Below, one piece after another: positions 47,776-56,829 of a DNA stretch of 64,000 nt. Each line of letters begins with the position of its first letter. The stretch's first letter is position 1. Made by a program: the position numbers and the translations under genes. The notes under the pieces are model-generated. The model saw only the letters and a list, made by a program, of their open reading frames with translations. It made no database searches and was not told where the DNA came from. This DNA is from an uncultured Ruminococcus sp. (lineage in GTDB: Bacteria; Bacillota; Clostridia; Oscillospirales; CAG-272): positions 4,442 to 68,441 of the forward strand of contig CAZUPI010000002.1 in NCBI GenBank assembly GCA_964621755.1, read 5' to 3'.

Positions 47776-49509
47776 ATGACTGACAGAAACATTATCGGAC
47801 AGAAAATCGCATCCCTCAGAAAGGCCAAGGGTATCACTCAGGCGGACCTTGCGAACATGGTCGGGGTCAGCCCGCAAGCTGTATCTCAGTGGGAACGCAG
47901 TGAAACTTTACCCGATATTCTTACGCTTCCCCGTCTCGCAGAGATTTTTGATGAAAGTATATCCGCTCTTCTTGGAATAGAAGATTCTGCCCCCACAACA
48001 AATGCGGAAGCAGAAGCAGTGGAAGAACCCGCGACAGAAGAGAGCACTCCCGCCGCCGATACAGATACAGTGGAAGAACCTGAAATCGTCGAAAGCGAGG
48101 CCGACGACGAAAAAAAATGCGATCCGTACGGTTGCGAAAACGAGGAATCCTCCACAACTACAGACCGTACGGATACCATCGAGGATGCTGTAAATGCTGC
48201 CGCCGACATCGATGCCGCTTTGGATGCTGTTGAAGCAGAACATGACAAGCTCACGGAAGAAGCCGAAGCAGAAGAACACGAGGAGCCTGAAAAACATGAA
48301 GAACCGGACTCTGATGACTTCACCTTCCATACGCCGAATATACACATCCCTGAAATCAACTTTCCCGAAATCCGCCTGCCCGGCGGACGTGTGATTCCGG
48401 CTAAGAAAATCCCGGCAAAAGATATCAACGGAAAGACCATAACTGTAGAAAATGTCGCAGAGAAGATAGCGGATAAAATGAATAACATCGATTTTGACTT
48501 CAACTCTGCAAAATCAACATGCCAGATTGCGGATGTTTCTGGCTTCTCACTCCCTGTGAGCAAATATACCATCGATTTTGACGACTCGAACGAAAGCTAC
48601 GAAGTTGCCATCATCAAGGACGGAAAGATTGTGAAGCGCTTCTCCGCTTCCCCGAACAATTTTGTACAGCTCGTGGTAAACGGAAACATCAATACCCTTA
48701 ATGCGGCTATATCTGTTGAAGTAAACGGTAACGTAGGAGACGCAGCTTCCGGATTTGACATGACAATCAACGGAAACGTCGATGGCGACGCGCACGCGAG
48801 TATGACTCTGACCTGCGGTGATGTAGCCGGCGACGCCTCTTCAAACATGACGCTCAACTGCAACAATGTGGGAGGCGACGCGCACGCAAATATGACGCTG
48901 AACGTAAACGGCAGAGTCGGATACGATGACGACGATAACGACGATGACGACCGCGACATACAGGTCGACGGCATGAACGTCACGATAAACGGCGACTACG
49001 ACGGCGACCTGTCGGCTGCGGCAAATGTAACCGTATGCGGAAGTGTTCTGGGCAACGTCGATGCCGGTGGTTCCGTCAGCGCGGACGGCGATATCGACGG
49101 CGACGTTGATGCAGGCGATTCCGTCACAGCAGGCGGCGATATCAACGGCGACGTCGATGCAGGTAATGATGTAACGGCAGGCGGCGATATCAACGGCGAC
49201 GTCGATACCGGAAAGGACGTTATCGCAGAAGGCGACATCAACGGAGACGTTGACACGGGCGGTTCCGTCACAGCAGGCGGAGACATCGGCGGCGACATTG
49301 ACACGGGCGGTTCCGTCATAGCAGGCGGAAACATCGACGGCGCCGTTGACACATCTGGAAACGTATCGATTGGCGGAGACGCTGCGGGAGACATCAGCGG
49401 AAACAACGTCACGGTAACGGGAAACGTATACGGCGACATTACCGCGGACGGAAAAGTCAAAATTTACGGCGCCGCCCCCAATTGCGAAAATGATGATGAC
49501 GAAGAATGA
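47776..49509 (+). CDS. XRE-family HTH protein fused to an acidic linker and long Gly/Asp-rich beta-solenoid (bactofilin-like) repeats
   Basis: 577 aa with the SD ACGGAGGT. The HTH_3 N-terminus is IGQKIASLRKAKGITQADLANMVGVSPQAVSQWERSE. A D/E-rich linker of about 130 aa follows. The C-terminus carries 16-aa repeats (AGGDINGDVDAGNDVT). No TM segment is present. Confidence 0.85.
   Translation: MTDRNIIGQKIASLRKAKGITQADLANMVGVSPQAVSQWERSETLPDILTLPRLAEIFDESISALLGIEDSAPTTNAEAEAVEEPATEESTPAADTDTVEEPEIVESEADDEKKCDPYGCENEESSTTTDRTDTIEDAVNAAADIDAALDAVEAEHDKLTEEAEAEEHEEPEKHEEPDSDDFTFHTPNIHIPEINFPEIRLPGGRVIPAKKIPAKDINGKTITVENVAEKIADKMNNIDFDFNSAKSTCQIADVSGFSLPVSKYTIDFDDSNESYEVAIIKDGKIVKRFSASPNNFVQLVVNGNINTLNAAISVEVNGNVGDAASGFDMTINGNVDGDAHASMTLTCGDVAGDASSNMTLNCNNVGGDAHANMTLNVNGRVGYDDDDNDDDDRDIQVDGMNVTINGDYDGDLSAAANVTVCGSVLGNVDAGGSVSADGDIDGDVDAGDSVTAGGDINGDVDAGNDVTAGGDINGDVDTGKDVIAEGDINGDVDTGGSVTAGGDIGGDIDTGGSVIAGGNIDGAVDTSGNVSIGGDAAGDISGNNVTVTGNVYGDITADGKVKIYGAAPNCENDDDEE
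49033..49416 (+). repeat. Eight imperfect 48-bp tandem repeats inside the HTH-solenoid gene
   Basis: The units begin at 49033, 49081, 49129, 49177, 49225, 49273, 49321 and 49369. An example unit is GCAGGCGGCGATATCAACGGCGACGTCGATGCAGGTAATGATGTAACG. Confidence 0.85.
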
Positions 49510-49618
49510 CGAATAGCATAAATCGCGTGGGAAGGAAAACTTCCCACGCTTTTTATTGCAATTTCACAGACGCCATAGTATAATGTAAGGTAGAATTCAT
49601 CCCAAACGGAGGAAACAT

Positions 49619-50314
49619 ATGAAAAAAATTGCACTGACCTGCTCTGTTGGAAACAGCTACACCCTCCATCCGCGTTACATAAATTATATCACAGCCGCGG
49701 CAAAGCAGTTCCAAATGGAAGTCATGCCAATCATCCTGCCTTCTGTAACAGACCCCGCCATACTGGACGAATTTGTAAAATCCTTCGACGGCTTTCTTTT
49801 CACAGGCGGCGTAGATATAAACCCATCCCTATACGGCGAGGAACTGCACGAAAAATGCGGCGAAATTCAGCCTCTCCGCGATACGCATGAACTGATGCTT
49901 CTCGAGCGAATCCGAAAATCGGGTGTTCCGGCGTTCGGAATCTGCCGCGGGATACAGGTGATGGCGGTCGCAGCCGGGGGTAAGCTCTGGCAGGACATCT
50001 ATGCACAAAAACTGGGCGAGGGCGCAGAACACTGCGTCAGGGACGAAAACGACCGCACGCACCATCCGGTAACGTTGTCCGGCTCTCTCGCAGAAGTTGC
50101 CGGTACCACAAGCGTCACAACCAACAGCTACCACCATCAAGCGGTAAAATCGGTCCCCGCAAACATCGAAATCTGTGCTCTCACCCCCGACGGCCTTATC
50201 GAAGCCATCAATGACACATCCCTCCCCTATTACCGTGCCGTTCAATGGCATCCCGAACTTCACTCCGATGAACTATCCTACAAAATTATAAAGCCGTTTT
50301 TTGACGCGCTGTAA
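49619..50314 (+). CDS. Gamma-glutamyl-gamma-aminobutyrate hydrolase-like peptidase C26 / class I glutamine amidotransferase
   Basis: 231 aa. The nucleophile elbow is AFGICRGIQVM and the His motif is QWHPE. Confidence 0.85.
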   Translation: MKKIALTCSVGNSYTLHPRYINYITAAAKQFQMEVMPIILPSVTDPAILDEFVKSFDGFLFTGGVDINPSLYGEELHEKCGEIQPLRDTHELMLLERIRKSGVPAFGICRGIQVMAVAAGGKLWQDIYAQKLGEGAEHCVRDENDRTHHPVTLSGSLAEVAGTTSVTTNSYHHQAVKSVPANIEICALTPDGLIEAINDTSLPYYRAVQWHPELHSDELSYKIIKPFFDAL

Positions 50315-50366
50315 CGGAACGCTGCCATCGACAGAAAGGACATCCCATGAATCAAGAACTGTATGA

Positions 50367-51407
50367 TTTTATAACGGAACGCCGACAGAGAGCGTTTCGG
50401 CAGGAGCCGCTGGACGACCGCTCCGGACAGTATGCGGCAAATGGACTTTCACCGCGGGCAAGGCGGAGACATTCCGCGAAGCGCTGCAATTCTTCCGCAT
50501 TATCCACTATGCGCTTTGGGCGGAGGGAAATTATCACAACACGATTGGCAGGTTCGACAAGTACATGATGCTCGGCGGGTCAGACGGAATGGGCGGCGAG
50601 ATTTATAACAAGCTTACCGCGATGTGTCTGCGCGCGTCGGGCGAGTTGAAGCTCATCGACCCCAAAATCAACCTTCGCGTGACGAAAAATACGCCCCTGG
50701 GGGTCTATCAGGAAGGGACAAAACTCACAAAGGTTGGGCTTGGCTTCCCGCAGTACTCGAACGACGATGTTGTGATTCCGGCCCTCGTGAATCTCGGATA
50801 CGACGACGAAATCGCACATTTGCTTCGCAGCGAGTCGCCGAAGGTCGGGAGTGCCGATTCAGATACCGCCGACGAGCAGCTTGTATGGCTGACCGAGGTA
50901 TTCTCCGCTTCCCTGCGCGGGAAAAAGAATGAACGCGGCGGAATCTGGCGCGCCGGAACCGGTTCCGCGATGTTTTATCTGTGGCACGCGGAAGAAATCG
51001 GTGCGTCCCCTGACGGCAGGCGGCGCGGTGAGCCGTTCGCTGCCAACTACTCGGCATCCCTGTTCGCCAAAATCGACGATCCGGTCCATATCGTGAAATC
51101 CTTCACGAAACCGGACCTTGCGAAGGTCATCAACGGCGGTCCTTTGACGCTTGAATTCGACAGCAAAATTTTTGCGAATGAGGAAAGCATGACTAAGGTG
51201 GCGTCTCTTGTAAAATATTTCGTGAGCCGCGGTGGACATCAGCTCCAGCTCAATGCGGTATCCCACGAGGCGCTCCTCGACGCGCAGATTCATCCGGAAA
51301 AGTACGAGCGGCTGATTGTACGCATCTGGGGCTGGAGTGCCTATTTTGTGGAACTGGACAAGGGCTTCCAGGACCATGTGATACGCAGGCAAGAGTATCG
51401 CATGTAA
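50367..51407 (+). pseudogene. Deletion-riddled remnant of a glycyl radical enzyme (PFL-like). The only ATG-initiated ORF is 50565-51407.
   Basis: The C-terminus carries a glycyl-radical motif (LIVRIWGWSAYFVEL) preceded by GASPDGRRRGEPFAANYS. Upstream in the same frame, AETFREALQFFRIIHYALW..GRFDKYM matches the mid-region of GREs but has no start codon. The total is about 1 kb against about 2.4 kb for intact enzymes, and the catalytic Cys loop is absent. Confidence 0.7.
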
Positions 51408-51446
51408 GGCGCGCTCGCAAGGATGGATAAAAATATTTGAAAATGT

Positions 51447-51474
51447 TTGTTGATTTAAAAAGATGTGGTATATT
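51447..51474 (+). promoter_or_regulatory. Candidate promoter (extended -10) of the ABC importer operon
   Basis: TTGTTG (51447-51452), a 16-nt spacer ending in TGg, then TATATT (51469-51474). Confidence 0.35.
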
Positions 51475-51555
51475 CCGTCTGTTTCAGGTTATACTAAGCA
51501 GCACAGACGACGGTTTTATTCGTGAAATCTGCCGCAATCTGTTTGGAGGCAACTC

Positions 51556-53703
51556 ATGAAAAAGTTTTTATCACTTGCGCTTGCCGTTTTGATACCACTC
51601 TCCTCGGCGGCTATACTCGCTTCCTGCGGCAAGGTAAGCGACGAAGACAACGTTATCATTCTTGGCAATACAACGGAACTTTCGGGTGACTTCCGTTTTC
51701 CCGGGTACGGCGCCTCATCATCCAGCGCTGCTGACCAGGACATCAACAAACTCACCGTCGGCTATTCCACCATGGAAACAAACCAGACCGGTGAATACGT
51801 ATGGAATGAAACCGCAGTTAAATCCCATACAGAGGAAGTTGTTGACAATGGGGACGGTACCGAAAACTATAGGATAACCATCGAAATCAACGAAGATCTG
51901 ACCTTCTCCGACGGTACTCCCATTACTGCGGATAACTACCTGGCCTACACGTTAGCGTTCAGTACCATCGTCGCACGCAACGCGGGCAGCACAGGTATGG
52001 CCGGGCAGTCCTTAGTAGGTTTTGCCGACTTCGCCAACTATGCCGGCGAGGGCGTCAAAGTAAATCCAGAAGCAAATGCTGCCAAAGAATTCGCAGGTGT
52101 TCGCAAGCTCGGCGAATACGAATTCTCCCTCGAGATTGACGGCGCTACCGGATTTTATCCCTACTACTACGCATACATTTACTCGGCAGTCACCCCCTAC
52201 GATTTGGGGCTTATCTTCGGCGACGGCGTATCCATCAAGGACGACGGCAAGGGCTGCTACCTCGAAGGCAGCTGGTATGAGCAGCGCGCTGACTCCACCG
52301 CTGACGCTCTCGCTTTCAAGAAATCCGCGCACATGCAGGAAGCGCGTTATGACACAACAAAATATCCCTTCTCCGGTCCTTATACCATCACAGCATGGGA
52401 TGAAGGTACCAAGCAGGCTACTCTGACCAGAAACGACCTGTTCCAGGGCAACTTTGAAGATCAAAAGCCGGCCATTCTCACAGTTGTGTATGTCAAAATC
52501 GTTGCCGAAACACAGATTGACCTCCTAACAAGCGGGGGCGTTGACGTCCTTTCAGGCGTGACCGGCGGCGATATGACAAAGGCGGCGCTTCAGGTTGTCG
52601 GCAGCGGCTTCAAGGAAAACCACTATCAAAAAGCCGGTTACGGCAAAATTCAGTTTGACTGCGACTTCGGTCCCACTCTGTTCGTGGAGGTCCGCCAGGC
52701 AATCGCGACCCTTCTCGACAGACCTACGTTTGCCACCACCTTTACAGGAGGCTACGGAAAAGTTGTAAACGGTCCGTATTCGGAAGACTCCTGGATGTAT
52801 CTCGCCGCAAGGGACACACTGGAAGACGCCATGAACACATACGAATACTCCCTTGCAAACGCCAAAACCATCCTGGAAGAAGGAGGCTGGATATACAATT
52901 CCAAGGGGGAACCATATGTTGAAGGTGCGTCCGGCGTTGACAAAGTGCGTTACAAGAAAATAACAAGAGAAGAGCTTGAGACGCTTACTACAAAAGACTG
53001 TGTAGAAGCCACCATCAACTACCAATCCGTAAACAATACCGACAGCATCGTCTATAAAACCACAGAAATAAATGGTGCATACTATATCCCGCTGGCAATC
53101 AACTGGTTCTCTACCGCCGACAACGCGGTATCCGACCTTCTTTCCACCATGCTCGCAAACGGCACTGATGTGACAGCTGCGGGTATGGTAATCCGTCAGG
53201 CAGTCGGCGACTTCAACTCTCTCCTCGGCGAAATTTATCGTGAACCTTCGTACGGCTACAACGGCGTTATCAAATACAGTATGTATAACCTCGCAACAAG
53301 CTTTACCAGCACGATATATGACTTCTCCTGGAACTGGTCTCTTGACCCGAATTACTTTGCGTACTCGGTAAACAAGCTCTACGACGAGTACGACGCGGCG
53401 TTCCCGTACTATGATGCAGACGGCAGCCACGAAAAACGCAGCTATGCGGAAGCATTGGAAAAGTCCGGCGGCAAGCTTGGTATGGACTACCTGTCCATGG
53501 CAATGGTATACGACGCCGCATCCAACGAAGAATACCTGGAATGGTGGACAGCGTATATCCAGAGATGGAACGAGCTTATCCCCGATATCCCGCTGTACTG
53601 CAACTTCTACTACGACGTATACAACGAAAAGATTCAAGATTACTACACCTCTCCTTATTGGAGAACTGCTGATGCTGTTCTTTACTGCTCTATCAAGGGC
53701 TGA
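51556..53703 (+). CDS. ABC transporter substrate-binding lipoprotein, family 5 (Opp/Dpp type), oversized
   Basis: 715 aa. The signal peptide plus lipobox is LSSAAILASCGK. SBP_bac_5-like segments are present (DLTFSDGTPITADNY). The SD is GGAGG. Confidence 0.85.
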   Translation: MKKFLSLALAVLIPLSSAAILASCGKVSDEDNVIILGNTTELSGDFRFPGYGASSSSAADQDINKLTVGYSTMETNQTGEYVWNETAVKSHTEEVVDNGDGTENYRITIEINEDLTFSDGTPITADNYLAYTLAFSTIVARNAGSTGMAGQSLVGFADFANYAGEGVKVNPEANAAKEFAGVRKLGEYEFSLEIDGATGFYPYYYAYIYSAVTPYDLGLIFGDGVSIKDDGKGCYLEGSWYEQRADSTADALAFKKSAHMQEARYDTTKYPFSGPYTITAWDEGTKQATLTRNDLFQGNFEDQKPAILTVVYVKIVAETQIDLLTSGGVDVLSGVTGGDMTKAALQVVGSGFKENHYQKAGYGKIQFDCDFGPTLFVEVRQAIATLLDRPTFATTFTGGYGKVVNGPYSEDSWMYLAARDTLEDAMNTYEYSLANAKTILEEGGWIYNSKGEPYVEGASGVDKVRYKKITREELETLTTKDCVEATINYQSVNNTDSIVYKTTEINGAYYIPLAINWFSTADNAVSDLLSTMLANGTDVTAAGMVIRQAVGDFNSLLGEIYREPSYGYNGVIKYSMYNLATSFTSTIYDFSWNWSLDPNYFAYSVNKLYDEYDAAFPYYDADGSHEKRSYAEALEKSGGKLGMDYLSMAMVYDAASNEEYLEWWTAYIQRWNELIPDIPLYCNFYYDVYNEKIQDYYTSPYWRTADAVLYCSIKG

Positions 53704-53735
53704 GTACAGCGTATAAATCAACTGATAACGGACAG

Positions 53736-53768
53736 ACTATTGGGAGTGCGACAATCACTCCCAATAGT
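53736..53768 (+). promoter_or_regulatory. Intercistronic stem-loop between the SBP and permease genes (partial terminator or mRNA stabiliser)
   Basis: A 13-bp perfect stem (ACTATTGGGAGTG/CACTCCCAATAGT) with a 7-nt loop. Only a short T tract follows. Confidence 0.5.
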
Positions 53769-53871
53769 TTATATGTCCCACTTTAGCAAATATCCCTGCA
53801 CGTTTTATCCAATGAAACGTACAACCGGCCGCGCATATTCTATTTTTAAATTTCGAATTCTGAGGTGTATT

Positions 53872-54891
53872 ATGGGAAAGTACATACTGAAACGTATCGG
53901 TTATATGCTGCTTGTCCTCGTGATTCTCTCCTTTCTCATGTATCTTATTTACAATATGATACCGTACGATAGAGCGCGTGCCCTCGTCGAAGAACAAAAG
54001 GCGGTCTATAAAAATGACCCGGCAGGATTCGAGCGTGCATACCAGAATTACCGCCACCAGTTAGGCCTCGACCGGAGCGTCGTATTCCGCTACCTCCATT
54101 GGATTGGTCTTGTGCCAATTGACGGAGTCTACGACGGTTTGCTGCAGGGCAACTTCGGCTGGAGCTTCCAATACAACCGCCCCGCAACGGAGGTCCTCGT
54201 CGAACCGATGCGCAATACCATCTTTATTAATATCTTCGCAACCCTATTCGCTCTCGGTATTACCCTCCCTCTCGGCATCTTCTGTGCCGTACACCGCGGC
54301 AGCAAACGGGACTCCGCCGTTCAAATCGGCACCATCGTCGGCTACAGCATCCCGAGCTTTATCATCGCAATTCTGTTCATCTGTCTCTTTGCCGTCATTA
54401 TCCCGATATTCCCCGTCAGCGGTATGAAAACCCCCGGAAGCAGTTACTCTGGAATCAAAAAATTCTTCGACGAGCTTTACTACATGGGACTTCCCCTCGT
54501 CGTGATGACCTTTTCCTCCCTCGGCGGCATGACCCGTTACGTCCGCGCTTCCATGACCGAAGCACTCTCTATGGACTGTATCCGCACCGCACGTGCAAAA
54601 GGACTGCATGAAAAGGTCGTTATTTATTCTCACGCTTGGAGAAACGCCCTCATCCCGATTATCACCCTGATTATCGGATGGTTTATCGGCATCTTCTCCG
54701 GCTCCCTTATGATTGAAAATATTTTTGCTCTCAACGGAATGGGGCGTATCTACATCAACTCGCTCAACTCCAACGACTATGAGGTGGTGCTGATTCTGCA
54801 AATGTTCTACGTCACCCTTGCGCTGCTCGGCAATCTGATAATAGACATTGCATACGGCGTCGCAGATCCGCGTGTCCGTGTGTCAAAGTAA
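53872..54891 (+). CDS. ABC transporter permease (OppB/DppB type)
   Basis: The start at 53872 (MGKYILKRIGYMLLVLVI) is canonical for OppB-like proteins. About 339 aa with 6 TM helices. The track's upstream extension lacks an SD. Confidence 0.9.
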   Translation: MGKYILKRIGYMLLVLVILSFLMYLIYNMIPYDRARALVEEQKAVYKNDPAGFERAYQNYRHQLGLDRSVVFRYLHWIGLVPIDGVYDGLLQGNFGWSFQYNRPATEVLVEPMRNTIFINIFATLFALGITLPLGIFCAVHRGSKRDSAVQIGTIVGYSIPSFIIAILFICLFAVIIPIFPVSGMKTPGSSYSGIKKFFDELYYMGLPLVVMTFSSLGGMTRYVRASMTEALSMDCIRTARAKGLHEKVVIYSHAWRNALIPIITLIIGWFIGIFSGSLMIENIFALNGMGRIYINSLNSNDYEVVLILQMFYVTLALLGNLIIDIAYGVADPRVRVSK

Positions 54892-54909
54892 CCGGAACGG
54901 AGGAAAATC

Positions 54910-56829
54910 ATGAAAAAAAAGAAAAAATCACTCCGTCATTCATGGCTCGGCAGAATGTTCTGGGGCGCATCCAAAACTCTCGACGACAATCCCGATAAAT
55001 ACGCAAGTCCCGGGAAACTCGCCGTACAACGCTTCTTCCGCCGTCCCGCAGCCTGCGTTGCGCTTGCAATCATCATCGTCATGTTTCTGTTCGTCTTTAT
55101 CGGGCCGCTTATCAACCCAATTGACCTTTCTTATTCGGAAACCCTCCACAAAAATCTCGGTCCCTCCTATGACATGATATCCATTCCGTCCGCTCTTGCG
55201 AGGGACGTCAAGGAAATTTCATCTTATTCCTCCTTTTCTCTCGGGCTTGACAACGCCGGAAACGTCTACACATGGGGCAAAACCTACCTGAAGGATGTCA
55301 AAATCGATATTTCGGACATCCCTGAAGAAGTGCAAAACAACAATATCGTTCACGCGGCTGCCGGTATCGACCACGCTGTGGCCATCTCCGAAGACGGTCA
55401 CCTCTACTGCTGGGGCGCATATGACAACGGTCAGTACGGTATGAACGGCAGCATGATTTCCATAGCAAAGCCGCAGCCGTACGACCTCATCACCGGCACG
55501 ATTGACGTGGCAAATGTAAAACAGCTCATCTGCGGCAACCAGGTCACAGCAATTGTCATGAACGACGGCTCCTCTTATATGTGGGGCAACTACAATATCG
55601 GCGCCACCAACATTACCTCGTTTGACGATATTCCCAACCTCGAAAAGGTCGTGTTCCTCCAATCCCTCATTGTCGGCATCACACAGGACGGTAAATTCGT
55701 TTGCGGCAAGACCTCCGCGTTTGACTCGTATGAAATCATCAATGCAAACGGCGCCGCTGCGCTCACCAATCTCTGGGATTTTCTGGATGACCATAAAGTC
55801 GTCGATATTGCGTCCAATATGACAAACGCCTGTCTCCTGCTTGAGGACGGTTCTCTTCTTATCGTCGGGGCGTCTGGGGACAACTCCCGCGCGATTCCGA
55901 CCATCCCGGACGGCGAAACCGTAACGGCAGTCTACGGCGGCGCAAGGCACTACGCCCTCCTCACCGACGCCGGACGTGTTCTCACATGGGGCGGCAGCGC
56001 GCTCAGCCAGACCGATATTCCCGTCTCTATGCAAAATCCCGGCGCCGCTGACAACCTCTACTGCGTCGGTTTCCAGACTTATGCTGAAAAAGACGGCGAA
56101 ATTGTGGAAAAGTGGGGCTTCAAAGGCTATCTCATGGGAACCGACGAGATCGGACGGGACATATTTGTCCGCGTGATGAACGGCGGTAAAATGACCATGA
56201 CCATCGGTGCGGTCGCGGTTATTCTTTCCTCTGTCATCGGCATCATCATCGGCTGTATCTCGGGCTACTTCGGCGGAAAGGTCGACATTTTTCTCATGCG
56301 TGTGACCGAGATTTTTTCCGCCATTCCGTTTCTGCCGTTCGCACTTGTCCTGTCTGCAATCCTCCGTCAAACGGACGTAAAGGAGGACACGCGAATTTTC
56401 CTCATCATGGTTGTGCTCGGTATTCTGACGTGGACCGGACTGGCGCGGCTCGTCCGCGGTCAAGTACTCGCGGAACGGGAAAAGGAATTTGTTCTGGCAG
56501 CACAGTCGATGGGGGTCCCCGAGAGCCGTATCGCGTTCAAGCACATCCTGCCAAACGTCATTTCGGTCATCATCGTATCCCTTACCCTTGACTTCGCCGG
56601 ATGTATGCTCACCGAAGCGTCCCTGTCTTACCTCGGCTTCGGCGTACAGCTTCCCCGTCCGACATGGGGCAACATGCTCTACGGATGCAACAGCTCAATT
56701 GTCATCAAATCCTACTGGTGGAGATGGGTCTTCCCAGCCCTCTTCCTTTCGGCCAGCACCATTTCCATCAACGTAATCGGTGATACCCTGCGCGATATTT
56801 TTGACCCGAAGTCGGAGGTTGAAAAATAA
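54910..56829 (+). CDS. ABC transporter permease (OppC/DppC type) with a roughly 310-aa RCC1-like beta-propeller inserted in the first external loop
   Basis: 639 aa. TM1 is CVALAIIIVMFLFVFIGPLI. Seven repeats of about 45-50 aa follow (GNVYTWG, GHLYCWGAYDNGQYG, GSSYMWG, GKFVCG, GSLLIVG, GRVLTWG, EIVEKWG). Canonical OppC sequence then resumes: LMGTDEIGRDIFVRVMNGGKMTMTIG plus 5 TM helices. Confidence 0.85.
   Translation: MKKKKKSLRHSWLGRMFWGASKTLDDNPDKYASPGKLAVQRFFRRPAACVALAIIIVMFLFVFIGPLINPIDLSYSETLHKNLGPSYDMISIPSALARDVKEISSYSSFSLGLDNAGNVYTWGKTYLKDVKIDISDIPEEVQNNNIVHAAAGIDHAVAISEDGHLYCWGAYDNGQYGMNGSMISIAKPQPYDLITGTIDVANVKQLICGNQVTAIVMNDGSSYMWGNYNIGATNITSFDDIPNLEKVVFLQSLIVGITQDGKFVCGKTSAFDSYEIINANGAAALTNLWDFLDDHKVVDIASNMTNACLLLEDGSLLIVGASGDNSRAIPTIPDGETVTAVYGGARHYALLTDAGRVLTWGGSALSQTDIPVSMQNPGAADNLYCVGFQTYAEKDGEIVEKWGFKGYLMGTDEIGRDIFVRVMNGGKMTMTIGAVAVILSSVIGIIIGCISGYFGGKVDIFLMRVTEIFSAIPFLPFALVLSAILRQTDVKEDTRIFLIMVVLGILTWTGLARLVRGQVLAEREKEFVLAAQSMGVPESRIAFKHILPNVISVIIVSLTLDFAGCMLTEASLSYLGFGVQLPRPTWGNMLYGCNSSIVIKSYWWRWVFPALFLSASTISINVIGDTLRDIFDPKSEVEK

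Noticed and set aside
55219-56544. A 441-aa ORF antisense to the RCC1-bearing permease. A similar 389-aa ORF lies at 52552-53721, antisense to the SBP gene.
   Set aside because: Both are shadow ORFs in moderately GC-rich coding DNA. Their composition is atypical (Arg/Val/Asp runs) and they have no SD, while the sense-strand products carry canonical ABC motifs.
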